From: an uncultured Gammaproteobacteria bacterium
GTDB lineage: Bacteria; Pseudomonadota; Gammaproteobacteria; Thiotrichales; Thiotrichaceae
Length of the DNA: 64,000 nucleotides
NCBI GenBank assembly: GCA_963760355.1
Contig: CAVXCT010000034.1
Coordinates: forward strand, 1,311-65,310
Direction: 5' to 3'
The position numbers and the translations under genes were made by a program. Below are positions 20,687 to 30,151 of this stretch, piece after piece. Positions within the stretch are counted from its first letter, which is position 1, and every line of letters starts with the position of its first letter. The notes below the pieces were generated by a model, which was given only the letters and a program-made list of their open reading frames with translations, was not told where the DNA came from and searched no databases.

Positions 20687-22870
20687 ATGACATTAAACGT
20701 ACAGAAAGATAAATTACAAATTAGCCAGCCTATTTATGATCTGGTAACTAATGAAATTCTCCCAGGAACTGGTGTAGAGGAAAACCAGTTTTGGGTTGGA
20801 ATGCAGAGTGTACTTGAACAATTTACACCAAGAAATAAGGAACTACTGGCAAAACGCGATAGTATTCAGGAACAAATTGATGCGTGGCACTTACAAAACA
20901 AAGGTCCGGAATTTAATCACGACGAATACAAGCAATTCTTAAAAGATATCAACTATATTGTTGCTGAAGTTTCTGATTTTCATATATCAACTGAGAATGT
21001 TGATCCTGAAATTGCAACTATAGCCGGACCACAATTGGTGGTACCCATTAACAACGCACGTTTCTCTTTGAATGCTGCAAACGCTCGTTGGGGTAGTTTG
21101 TTTGATGCATTTTATGGAACAGACATTATTCCAGATGAAGGCGTTCTCGCTAAAGGCTCTCAATTCAATCCTGAGCGTGGTAAAAAGGTAATAGAATTAG
21201 CTAGTGTATTTCTCGATAAAGTATTGCCACTGACTACAGGCAGCCATAGTGAAGTGTCGGCATATAGCCTAACCAATATTGATGGTAAAGAAGGTCATAA
21301 AAACCTACAGATATATTTGAACAATGGTCATATTGCAGACCTACAGAATGCTGAGGCTTTTGTTGGTTGCACTGAACAAGAAACAACCTCTACGCTTTTA
21401 TTTGTCCATAACGGCTTGCATATTGAAATACAGATAGATCCAACTTCTATGATTGGTGAATCATCATCAGCGGGCGTTAAAGATGTGATTATGGAAGCTG
21501 CGCTAACTACAATACAGGATTGTGAAGACTCTGTAGCAGCGGTAGATGCCGAAGATAAAGCACTAGTTTACAGAAACTGGTTAGGCTTGATGAAGGGTAC
21601 TTTAGAAGAAAAATTTGAAAAGAACGGCAAAATACTTAGTAGAAAACTTAACCCTGATCGTGAATACACTAGTCCTACTGGTGAGTCATTCACCTTATCG
21701 GGTCGCAGTCTTTTACTGGTTAGAAATGTGGGACATTTAATGACCACTGAAAGCGTCTTGCTAAACGGTGAAGAAGTGCCAGAAGGTATTATTGATGGTT
21801 TAATGACTGCCCTGATCTATATCCACGACATGAAAGGTAATAGCCAATTCAAGAATTCCAAGAGCAACAGTCTTTACATCGTGAAACCTAAAATGCATGG
21901 CCCTGAAGAGGTTCGTTTAACGGTTGATTTATTCGCCGCTATTGAAGAAGCAGTAGGCTTACCTAAAAACACCATGAAAGTCGGTATCATGGATGAAGAA
22001 AGACGAACTACGGTTAATCTAAAAGCGTGTATTTACGAAGCACGGGAGCGTTTAATCTTTATCAATACTGGTTTTCTTGATCGTACCGGTGATGAGATTC
22101 ATACAAGCATGGAAGCGGGATCGTTTTTGCCTAAAGCAGAACTCAAAGGTGAGCCCTGGATCGCTGCTTACGAAGACTGGAATGTAGACATCGGTTTAGA
22201 GTGTGGTTTAAGAGGTAAGGCTCAGATCGGCAAAGGTATGTGGGCAATGCCAGACCTAATGGCTGATATGTTAGAACAAAAAATTCAGCATCCTTTGGCT
22301 GGTGCAAACTGTGCCTGGGTACCTTCTCCTACAGCGGCGACTTTACACGCCATGCATTATCACTATGTAAATGTGGATGAGGTTCAAGAGAAACTAGCCA
22401 GCCGTGAAAATGCGAGTCTCGATGATATCCTGACAATCCCTCTTACTCCTTCTTCTTATGTTTTAAGCCGTGAAAATTTACTTGCTGAGCTTGATGATAA
22501 TGCACAGAGTATGTTGGGATATGTAGTTCGCTGGATCGATCAAGGAGTGGGTTGTTCTAAAGTTCCTGATACACGTAATGTGGGATTGATGGAAGATAGA
22601 GCCACATTAAGAATTTCTAGTCAGATTATCGCTAACTGGTTACACCATGGTCTGTGTACTGAAGAACAGGTAACCGATGCATTCAAAAAGATGGCAGTTT
22701 TGGTTGATGAGCAAAATGCGAGTGATCCATTCTACACACCTATGGCACCTGACTTCAATGATATCGCTTTTAAAGCAGCGCTTGATTTGGCTATTAAAGG
22801 AGCAGAGCAACCTAATGGTTACACCGAGCCATTATTACATCACTATAGAAAAGTAAAAAAATCTGCCTAA
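20687..22870 (+). CDS. glcB: Malate synthase G
   Basis: [50 protein letters not shown]; start placed at MTLNVQK. Confidence 0.95.
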   Translation: MTLNVQKDKLQISQPIYDLVTNEILPGTGVEENQFWVGMQSVLEQFTPRNKELLAKRDSIQEQIDAWHLQNKGPEFNHDEYKQFLKDINYIVAEVSDFHISTENVDPEIATIAGPQLVVPINNARFSLNAANARWGSLFDAFYGTDIIPDEGVLAKGSQFNPERGKKVIELASVFLDKVLPLTTGSHSEVSAYSLTNIDGKEGHKNLQIYLNNGHIADLQNAEAFVGCTEQETTSTLLFVHNGLHIEIQIDPTSMIGESSSAGVKDVIMEAALTTIQDCEDSVAAVDAEDKALVYRNWLGLMKGTLEEKFEKNGKILSRKLNPDREYTSPTGESFTLSGRSLLLVRNVGHLMTTESVLLNGEEVPEGIIDGLMTALIYIHDMKGNSQFKNSKSNSLYIVKPKMHGPEEVRLTVDLFAAIEEAVGLPKNTMKVGIMDEERRTTVNLKACIYEARERLIFINTGFLDRTGDEIHTSMEAGSFLPKAELKGEPWIAAYEDWNVDIGLECGLRGKAQIGKGMWAMPDLMADMLEQKIQHPLAGANCAWVPSPTAATLHAMHYHYVNVDEVQEKLASRENASLDDILTIPLTPSSYVLSRENLLAELDDNAQSMLGYVVRWIDQGVGCSKVPDTRNVGLMEDRATLRISSQIIANWLHHGLCTEEQVTDAFKKMAVLVDEQNASDPFYTPMAPDFNDIAFKAALDLAIKGAEQPNGYTEPLLHHYRKVKKSA

Positions 22871-23001
22871 GTTACTATTAGATTCATATTATGTTCTTAT
22901 GAATTTATTATGAATTTTATAGTTAATTAATAACACCTGCTTAAATTTGGTCTACTATAATAATTTTATATACCCATATTATTAATCAAATTCAGAGGTG
23001 A

Positions 23002-24762
23002 TTTATTAACAAGCAGTTACCCATATCCCCATGCTTTGATACAAAGTTAAAGAATGGAGAAAAGTTTATAGAAGTCTATTCTCGTGGTTTTGAAATTCTT
23101 CGCTTTACGGCGTTAAACAAAGGTACCGCATTTTCTCAAAAAGAACGAATAGAACTGGGACTCGAAGGTCTACTGCCTCCCGTAGTTCTAACCCTGGAAC
23201 ATCAAGTACATAGACTGTATAACGGCTTTACAGAAGAACCTGATGACCTGTCAAAGTACCAATTCTTGCGAGCCGTACAAGAAAGAAATGAGGTTTTGTA
23301 TTACGCCCTGATTTCTGCGCATTTAGAAGAAATGATGCCCATTATTTATACTCCAACGGTGGGAAAAGCTGTACAAAAGTACAGCTCCCTGTATCGATCT
23401 CCCCGTGGTCTTACTTTTACTGCAGATAATATTTCCCGAGCAGATCAAATTGTAAATAACTACCCCTGGAATGATGTGCGCATGATCGTTGCGACCGATT
23501 CATCGGCAATCCTGGGGATTGGTGACCAGGGACATGGTGGACTAGCAATATGTATCGGTAAGATGGCTTTATATACAGCTGGAGGTGGACTAAGTCCATT
23601 CAATACTTTACCTGTTGATCTGGATGTGGGAACTGATAGAACAGATTTAACAGATGACCCGGGGTATTTAGGGGTTCGTGATAAACGTCTCACTGGAGAT
23701 GCCTATTATGATTTACTGGATGGTTTTGTAACTGCAGTCCAAAAGCGTTGGCCAAAAGCCATTATTCAATGGGAAGATTTTGCCAAAGACACGGCTTTTG
23801 CGGTACTTGAACGTTATCGCAAGCGGATACCTAGTTTTAATGATGATATTCAAGGAACGGGCGCTGTGGTTCTTGCAGGCTTGCTGAATGCGTGTAAATT
23901 GAAAGGTGAAACTTTATCCGAGCAACGTATTGTCGTTGTCGGTGCTGGAGCCGGTGGTGTAGGCGTTGCCAAAGTTATTCAGGATGGTCTGGTTCATGAA
24001 GGTCTAAGCCGCGAGCAAGCTATCAGCCAGATGTTTGTGGTGGATGAGTTCGGATTGGTTATCGAAGGCATTAGTCCAGACGAATATAAAAAGCCCATTA
24101 TGCAGTCTGCGCGTAACTGTGAAGACTGGGATAAAAAAGGTGAAATCCCTTCTTTGCTTGAAGTTATCCATAATGTAAAACCCACTGCTATGTTAGGTCT
24201 AACTGGGGTACCCGGTCTTTTCACAGAGCGCGTTATTCAAGCTATTGCAGAATATAATAAAAACCCTATTATTTTCCCACTGTCAAACCCAACCTCTAAT
24301 GTAGAGGCGATACCAGAAGATATATTTAACTGGTGTTCAATGATAAATACCGGTGCAGACTCATATCCCATTATCGCGTCTGGGAGTCCTTTCCCCAATG
24401 TAGAAAGTCGTGGAAAGTCTCATGTCATTGGGCAAGGTAATAATGCCTTTATTTTCCCCGGTTTAGGTTTTGCCTGTTCCCTGGGTGAGTGTAAAGAGAT
24501 TACCGATGCTTTGATAATCGAATCCGCACATGCATTGGCGGACTATACGGCTAAACATCATTTACAAGCCGGCAGAATCTACCCGCCAATTGCTGAATTA
24601 GAGGCAGTAAGTCAGGATATAACTGAACGCGTAATGAAACTGATGCTCGATCAAGGCTTGGTGCGTAACACAGAAATAACGCTTGAAAACTACAAAGAGA
24701 AAATTGAAGAAAACTCATGGAAAGCAGAGTATTTACCCTTTGTAGCTGCAGCGAAAAAATAA
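23002..24762 (+). CDS. maeA: NAD-dependent malic enzyme (MaeA/SfcA type); start codon unresolved
   Basis: Frame open from 23002; LNKGTAFS, GLLPP, IIYTPTVG, GIGDQG, QWEDF, FNDDIQGTG, GAGAGGVG, LSNPT, NNAFIFPG. Confidence 0.88.
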   Translation, partial: FINKQLPISPCFDTKLKNGEKFIEVYSRGFEILRFTALNKGTAFSQKERIELGLEGLLPPVVLTLEHQVHRLYNGFTEEPDDLSKYQFLRAVQERNEVLYYALISAHLEEMMPIIYTPTVGKAVQKYSSLYRSPRGLTFTADNISRADQIVNNYPWNDVRMIVATDSSAILGIGDQGHGGLAICIGKMALYTAGGGLSPFNTLPVDLDVGTDRTDLTDDPGYLGVRDKRLTGDAYYDLLDGFVTAVQKRWPKAIIQWEDFAKDTAFAVLERYRKRIPSFNDDIQGTGAVVLAGLLNACKLKGETLSEQRIVVVGAGAGGVGVAKVIQDGLVHEGLSREQAISQMFVVDEFGLVIEGISPDEYKKPIMQSARNCEDWDKKGEIPSLLEVIHNVKPTAMLGLTGVPGLFTERVIQAIAEYNKNPIIFPLSNPTSNVEAIPEDIFNWCSMINTGADSYPIIASGSPFPNVESRGKSHVIGQGNNAFIFPGLGFACSLGECKEITDALIIESAHALADYTAKHHLQAGRIYPPIAELEAVSQDITERVMKLMLDQGLVRNTEITLENYKEKIEENSWKAEYLPFVAAAKK

Positions 24763-24787
24763 ATCCCAGAGTGTTATTTACGCCTAG

Positions 24788-25019
24788 AAAAATGGCCTAT
24801 AAGTAGGGGGGTGGCTTTATCTAGAATAAGCGTCTGACCCTGATCGAGTATTAAACATCGAAGATTCCTTGCCGAATCTACGATGGTCTTTTCTGGCTCT
24901 TGGTGAACGTTAAATCAAAATACTTTTGATGTTGAAATATTATTAGTAGATTAACGACTATTGCACAGCGGCTTTAGCTAAGTTTGGTAAAGCCACTCCC
25001 CTACTTTTAAGCAGTTTTT
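24788..25019. repeat. REPIN-like doublet (inverted arms) with internal modules B and D
   Basis: GTAG at 24803 and CTAC at 25001 on inverted arms; internals match 43881-43960 and 29972-30084; between convergent maeA and recR. Confidence 0.85.
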
Positions 25020-25039
25020 CTTTAATTAATTATTTTTGA

Positions 25040-25642
25040 TTAGTAATTCCTACGACCATCAAATGCATGAGAAAGCGTGCTGCTATCGACATAATCCAGT
25101 TCACCACCGACAGGCACACCATGTGCTATTCTTGTTGTTTTTACATCATATTTGGCAGCTATCTCACTGATGTAATGTGCTGTTACTTCACCTTCTACTG
25201 TAGGGTTGGTTGCCAATATCAATTCTTTGATGGGTTCTTTTTCTAGCCTTTTTTCTAGCAAATCCAGGCCAAGTTCATCGGGTCCAATACCATCTAATGG
25301 TGATAGTTTTCCCATAAGCACAAAATAATAGCCGCCATAGGCAGTTGCCTGTTCCACTGCTAATACATCAGACGGGTTTTCCACCACACATAAGGTGTCA
25401 ACTGCACGTGATTTATCCGAACAAATTTTACAGACATCATGCTCGGTCAAGGTCCTGCATAAAGAACAATGCCCAATATTCACAATCGCATTTTGCATTG
25501 CTGCTGCAAGCTTAAGTCCGTTTTCACGGTCGTGCTCAAGTAAATGAAATGCCATCCGTTGTGCAGTTCGTGCACCCACACTAGGCAAGCATTTAAGTGC
25601 AACAACGAGCTCATTCAGCAATGCTGATTCAGATTCAGACAT
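25040..25642 (-). CDS. recR: Recombination protein RecR
   Basis: [18 protein letters not shown]4 zinc finger, [13 protein letters not shown]. Confidence 0.97.
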   Translation of the reverse strand: MSESESALLNELVVALKCLPSVGARTAQRMAFHLLEHDRENGLKLAAAMQNAIVNIGHCSLCRTLTEHDVCKICSDKSRAVDTLCVVENPSDVLAVEQATAYGGYYFVLMGKLSPLDGIGPDELGLDLLEKRLEKEPIKELILATNPTVEGEVTAHYISEIAAKYDVKTTRIAHGVPVGGELDYVDSSTLSHAFDGRRNY

Positions 25643-25700
25643 AATGGTTTCGATGGTTTAGATTAGAAATATAGAACTAAAATAAAAATCAGAAAAATGC

Positions 25701-26033
25701 TTAGAATGGTAGCTTCATCCCAGGAGGTAAATTCATACCTTCAGTAATACCAGACATTTTGTTCTTGCTAGCTTCAGCCATTTTGTGTGATGCATCATTG
25801 AATGCTGCAGCAACAAGGTCTTCAATCATTTCCTTGTCGTCGTCTTCTAATAGGCTACTATCGATATTTACGCGTTTACACTCGTGTGCGCCATTAATCG
25901 TTACAGAAACCAAACCACCACCTGATTCACCAGAGACTTCCATTGTGGCAATCTCTGCTTGCGCTTTTTGCATATCTTCTTGCATTTTTTGCGCTTGCTT
26001 CATCATTCCGCCAAGTCCGCCACCTTTAAACAT
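25701..26033 (-). CDS. ybaB: YbaB/EbfC nucleoid-associated protein
   Basis: MKQAQKMQ...GESGGGLV...[11 protein letters not shown]; dnaX-ybaB-recR synteny. Confidence 0.95.
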   Translation of the reverse strand: MFKGGGLGGMMKQAQKMQEDMQKAQAEIATMEVSGESGGGLVSVTINGAHECKRVNIDSSLLEDDDKEMIEDLVAAAFNDASHKMAEASKNKMSGITEGMNLPPGMKLPF

Positions 26034-26080
26034 TTTTGTATCCTCTATATGCTGTATTTTAAAAACTAATTAATTAACTA

Positions 26081-27994
26081 TTACTGATTTTTGGGTTCTA
26101 TTGAACCCGGTACTATTTGTGCATTGAATCTATTTTGTAGCTCAATAACAAAAGGATCTGATTGTATATTTAGTTCAGCCTGATGTTGAGTTTCTTCTGT
26201 TTTTCTATGTGCTCTTTGTGCAGGAGTTTCATTGTTGCTGTTTGAAGTATCTGATGTATTTTTTACTTGTGACTCTTGAATTTGCAGCACTAATCGGTAA
26301 TCTGCATTGTAGTAACGACATAGAGCATCTTTTATTTCTTGTTCAATACTATCTGCAAGTAATCCTTCACTGCCCTTATCAAGGCTTAATGAAATAATAC
26401 CATCTTCTTGGCAGTCTAACAGACAGTGTTTTATTAATTCCGCAGCTCTACCACTTAACCCTAAGTTGGGGACAACTTTATGCCAGGCAAGGTTTAACCT
26501 ACTCTTAATCGTTTCCTGATCAACTTTTGCTACTTGATGTTTTGGTTGATCTGTTTCTTGCGGTTCTTTTTTAACCTTAGAAACAGATGTTTCTATTAAT
26601 GATTCTTCTATAGCCGTTGATTTTTGTGATTCTACATTTTGCTTATGACTGGGAGCTTGAGAAGAAAGGTTTAAGTAGTCTGGGGGTTCGTCCCATGCTG
26701 GTACTTCATCCATAGGAAGTAGTGATACAGATTGGCGAGTACTATTATCTGTTTGTGTATCTCTTTCTTTATTGAGCTTTTCTTTATCGTACTTTTCTTT
26801 GTCCCGTTCTTTATTATTTTCTTTTTCAGTTAAGTTCGCGTCATTCGCTAGTGTTTTTTTTTTGCTTGACTCTAAGTCAGGAGTGGCTTGTGTATTAGCA
26901 GTCTCGAGTTGCATTCCGGTTTTTAGCGGCCTGAATGACAACATGCGCAATAGCATCATCTCAAAACCACTTTTTGGATCCGGAGAAAGGGATAAATCAC
27001 CTCTTCCCTGAAGTGCTATTTGATAATAGAGTTGGACATCTTCCTTAGATAAGCTTTGTGCAAGATTTTTAATACTTTCTTCATCGTTTATCGCATCGGG
27101 TACCACTTGTTGCACGGCGACTTGATGCAATAAGGCGATTAAAGCGTCACAACTGGCATCGAAATCAGGACTAATTGATGCAAGTTCATCGACTTGTCCC
27201 AGTAATGCCGCACCATCACCGCTAGCAACTGTTTCTAATAATGAAACTAAGGGTTCATGAGAAACGCTACCCAACATATCGCGTACGGCGTTTTCAGTGA
27301 CTGTTTCACCGGAGTATGCAATGGCCTGGTCTAGCAGACTTAAGGCATCGCGCATACTGCCATCCGCAGCTTTACCTAACAACTTTAAAGATGGTTCCTC
27401 AAAGGCGATTGATTCTTGCTTCAGTAAATAGGCAAGGTGTGATGATATTTTTTCTAAAGGCATGCGCTTTAGATTGAATTGCAAACAACGTGATAATACC
27501 GTTGCTGGTAATTTTTGCGGATCGGTTGTTGCAAATAAAAACTTAACGTGCGGAGGTGGTTCTTCCAGAGTCTTTAACAAGGCATTAAAACTATGTCCGG
27601 TAAGCATGTGAACCTCGTCGATCAGATAAACTTTAAAACGTGCTCTGGTTGGCGCGTATTGAACATTTTCAAGTAGTTCGCGAGTATCTTCAACCTTGGT
27701 GCGGGACGCCGCATCGACTTCGATTAAATCAAGAAAGTTGCCGGAAGCAATTTCTAGGCAGCTATTACATTTACCACAAGGTTTTGAGGTAACGCCAGTT
27801 TCACAATTCAGGCATTTGGCGAGAATTCTGGCTATGGTGGTTTTACCCACACCACGTGTTCCGGTAAAAAGGTATGCATGATGCAGACGATCGCTGTCCA
27901 AAGCATTGATCAAAGCACGTAATACATGCTCTTGACCGACCATTTCAGTGAAATTTTGCGGTCGCCATTTTCTTGCCAGGACTTGATAACTCAT
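26081..27994 (-). CDS. dnaX: DNA polymerase III tau/gamma
   Basis: YQVLARKWRP, GTRGVGKTT, DEVHML, LLKTLEEPP; C-terminal tau domain. Confidence 0.97.
   Translation of the reverse strand: MSYQVLARKWRPQNFTEMVGQEHVLRALINALDSDRLHHAYLFTGTRGVGKTTIARILAKCLNCETGVTSKPCGKCNSCLEIASGNFLDLIEVDAASRTKVEDTRELLENVQYAPTRARFKVYLIDEVHMLTGHSFNALLKTLEEPPPHVKFLFATTDPQKLPATVLSRCLQFNLKRMPLEKISSHLAYLLKQESIAFEEPSLKLLGKAADGSMRDALSLLDQAIAYSGETVTENAVRDMLGSVSHEPLVSLLETVASGDGAALLGQVDELASISPDFDASCDALIALLHQVAVQQVVPDAINDEESIKNLAQSLSKEDVQLYYQIALQGRGDLSLSPDPKSGFEMMLLRMLSFRPLKTGMQLETANTQATPDLESSKKKTLANDANLTEKENNKERDKEKYDKEKLNKERDTQTDNSTRQSVSLLPMDEVPAWDEPPDYLNLSSQAPSHKQNVESQKSTAIEESLIETSVSKVKKEPQETDQPKHQVAKVDQETIKSRLNLAWHKVVPNLGLSGRAAELIKHCLLDCQEDGIISLSLDKGSEGLLADSIEQEIKDALCRYYNADYRLVLQIQESQVKNTSDTSNSNNETPAQRAHRKTEETQHQAELNIQSDPFVIELQNRFNAQIVPGSIEPKNQ
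26854..26863 (-). other. A10 slippery run, candidate tau/gamma recoding site
   Basis: agc-A10-cactagcgaatga at codon 378; stops follow within 1-4 codons in both shifted frames. Confidence 0.65.
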
Positions 27995-28058
27995 GGGAGA
28001 ATCATAAATGAATCAGACGAATAACAATAGTAAAATCAGGCATTTCAAGAGATAAAAT

Positions 28059-28171
28059 GCCACCCCCCTACTTTTACATGGTTTTTTAATTTAGCCTAAT
28101 GAAAACCATGCCCTTCGGGTCATCGTCATGCTTCCGATGTTGTCTCTCTAACGTTCGGCTAGGCACTTTTT
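28059..28171 (+). repeat. REP-like arm plus module C
   Basis: gccacccccctactt, catggtttt/aaaaccatg stem, gcccttcgggt, ..., ggctaggcacttttt; between ffs and dnaX. Confidence 0.85.
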
Positions 28172-28230
28172 CTTATTACTCATGAAATTAATAATTGAGG
28201 AAGAAGAAGATTCGAATAATTAAATTCGTT

Positions 28231-28345
28231 GGAGGTGACCCACACCAGCTACACCTCGGCACCCGAATCCACTACTACCGTTGCTCCCTTCCGGGCCTGG
28301 CGGGGTTCGCAGTTTATCGTCGCGAGGGAACCAATGTGAGTCTCC
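28231..28345 (-). ncRNA. ffs: Signal recognition particle 4.5S RNA
   Basis: Minus strand contains gccaggcccggaagggagcaacgg (SRP domain IV) in a long hairpin closed by ggag...ctcc; ffs-dnaX synteny. Confidence 0.92.
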
Positions 28346-28461
28346 ACTGAAAGAAACTAACCCTGCAATGTTACCGTTGAAACAGGTGATTATTGCAGAG
28401 CGAAGAATTATGAGGGAAGATTAGATTTTTCACAATAGCGTAACGACTAAAAACATCACTA

Positions 28462-29271
28462 ATGCCATTTACTGTTTCACATACCGTTGCTGTTATCCCA
28501 TTATACAAATATCTGGGTAAATATGGTGCGATGTCACCACTGATCATTGGTAGCATGACTCCTGATATCGCATACCTAACTCCATTTCTGGTACATCAAC
28601 GTGTTGACAGCCATTCTCTGATTGGCTTATACCTGTTTTGTATACCGATGGGATTGACCGTGTATTTTTTGTTTCATTTCCTAATGGCGCCTGTGATTTC
28701 TTCGGTTTTACCTGGTTTCGTACAAAAACATCTCGGAAACAACCTGTTTCATGGAAAGCTGCCAGAGATTCCTAGTCACGTATTATTGTTATCGTTAGTC
28801 ATGGGTGCTTTTACCCATATCGTGTGGGACTTTTTTACACATCAATCAGGATTACCGCAGTTTGTGCATTGGATGGATGTGCCGCTTACCAGTATCGATG
28901 GTTATGACATTATGCCTTACCGTTTACTACAACATTTCAGCTCATTATTTGGACTTGCATTGCTAATATTTTGGGGATTGATGTGGTTTAACAGAAATAA
29001 AGTTCAGACAAGAAAAACCATAAATAATGAACCAGGTTGGAGAGCATCAAAGTCATTAACGGCTTTATCTTTACTCTTTATTGCAATATCAAGCATTGTA
29101 GGTGGACTCTTTTTAGGTCTGAGTAATATGCCTGAAACGGATGTCATGTATGGGCTTTATGGCGCTCAAGTTTTTTTGAGGTTTGTAATTGTTGGTGGAG
29201 CCGCAGCTTTCCTGGCGAGTACAATTGCAATGGGACTGTATTACCAATACCGGATTCGATCAGGTTTTTAA
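28462..29271 (+). CDS. DUF4184-family membrane protein
   Basis: MPFTVSH..A...L, IIGSMTPD, HIVWDFFTH, LQHFSSLFG. Confidence 0.8.
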   Translation: MPFTVSHTVAVIPLYKYLGKYGAMSPLIIGSMTPDIAYLTPFLVHQRVDSHSLIGLYLFCIPMGLTVYFLFHFLMAPVISSVLPGFVQKHLGNNLFHGKLPEIPSHVLLLSLVMGAFTHIVWDFFTHQSGLPQFVHWMDVPLTSIDGYDIMPYRLLQHFSSLFGLALLIFWGLMWFNRNKVQTRKTINNEPGWRASKSLTALSLLFIAISSIVGGLFLGLSNMPETDVMYGLYGAQVFLRFVIVGGAAAFLASTIAMGLYYQYRIRSGF

Positions 29272-29862
29272 ACGTGCTTTGATAACATCCATCAGTACAT
29301 CAAAATCAAACTTCCTTTTATTATCCAGTATGTTTTGATGATGAGCTAAATCTGCGCTTAATACCTTGATGTTTTCCTTGGCTTTTTTGATTTGATCTTC
29401 AGTCATGTAATTCGCATCTTGGCTGATTTTCTCTACAAATTGCTGTAAAGCATCGAGTGTGTGGATGAAGAATGTACGCATATTATTGATAACATCATTC
29501 TTTTTATCTTCAGTATTCTTTTTATCAGGTTTTATCGATTCTACATTAAAAGCTAATTCATCTAAGATCTGCTTCGCTTGAATAGTTAATGGCTTAAGAT
29601 CTACAGACCATTCCGCAGGCAGCTTTGACGAGATTTGATTAATCCTGTCGTAGGTTTCAAAACCTTTCTGCAACAATTCTGGAAATTGTTTTCTGTTTTC
29701 TTTGTCTTTCCACTGTTGTTGTTTTTCTGCTGCGAGTTCCGCACTTTTCTTATACGTTGATAAGACTATTTTTTTTATCTTCCGATAAATAAAAAACGTA
29801 ATAAATCCTAGCAATAATGTGCTGACGATTATAAGAACAGGGAAAACAGTAAAGCGAAACAT
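29260..29862 (-). CDS. Membrane-anchored helical protein, weakly XpaC-like
   Basis: N-terminal TM, basic stretch, helical domain with RTFFIHTLD and C-terminal FDFDVLMDVIKARL; family call from memory only. Confidence 0.45.
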   Translation of the reverse strand: MFRFTVFPVLIIVSTLLLGFITFFIYRKIKKIVLSTYKKSAELAAEKQQQWKDKENRKQFPELLQKGFETYDRINQISSKLPAEWSVDLKPLTIQAKQILDELAFNVESIKPDKKNTEDKKNDVINNMRTFFIHTLDALQQFVEKISQDANYMTEDQIKKAKENIKVLSADLAHHQNILDNKRKFDFDVLMDVIKARLKT

Positions 29863-29904
29863 AGCTGTATTATATGGCTCAATGGAAGAGTATCAATGCT
29901 GTTA

Positions 29905-30151
29905 AGCTGGGTGGCTTTATAATTATGGTCACCCCACTACTTCTATGAGGTTTTTTAATCTCATATCCGGTTACTTTTGATGTTGAAAAATTGTTAGTCG
30001 ATTATCGACCAATGTACAACGACAATTCCGTGAGGAATCTACGATGAACTTTTCTGGCTCTTGATGAGCCTAGAAAAGCCACCCTCAGACTTCGTGCCGT
30101 CGTCACTGTGTACAACGTTGTCTACGCTGCGCTTCGGATAAGCCATTTTTA
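29905..30151 (+). repeat. Composite REP-like element (mini doublet, hairpin, modules D and B, degenerate arm, 3' half of module C)
   Basis: 30005-30084 matches 43881-43960 at 68/80 nt; 29972-30021 matches 24921-24970 at 42/50 nt; 3' end taagccattttt overlaps the nagZ stop. Confidence 0.85.

Noticed and set aside
24788-25019. Inverted arms read as terminal repeats of a classical IS-derived MITE
   Set aside because: No consistent target-site duplication seen, no transposase in the window, and most arms are solo; kept only as REP/REPIN-like.
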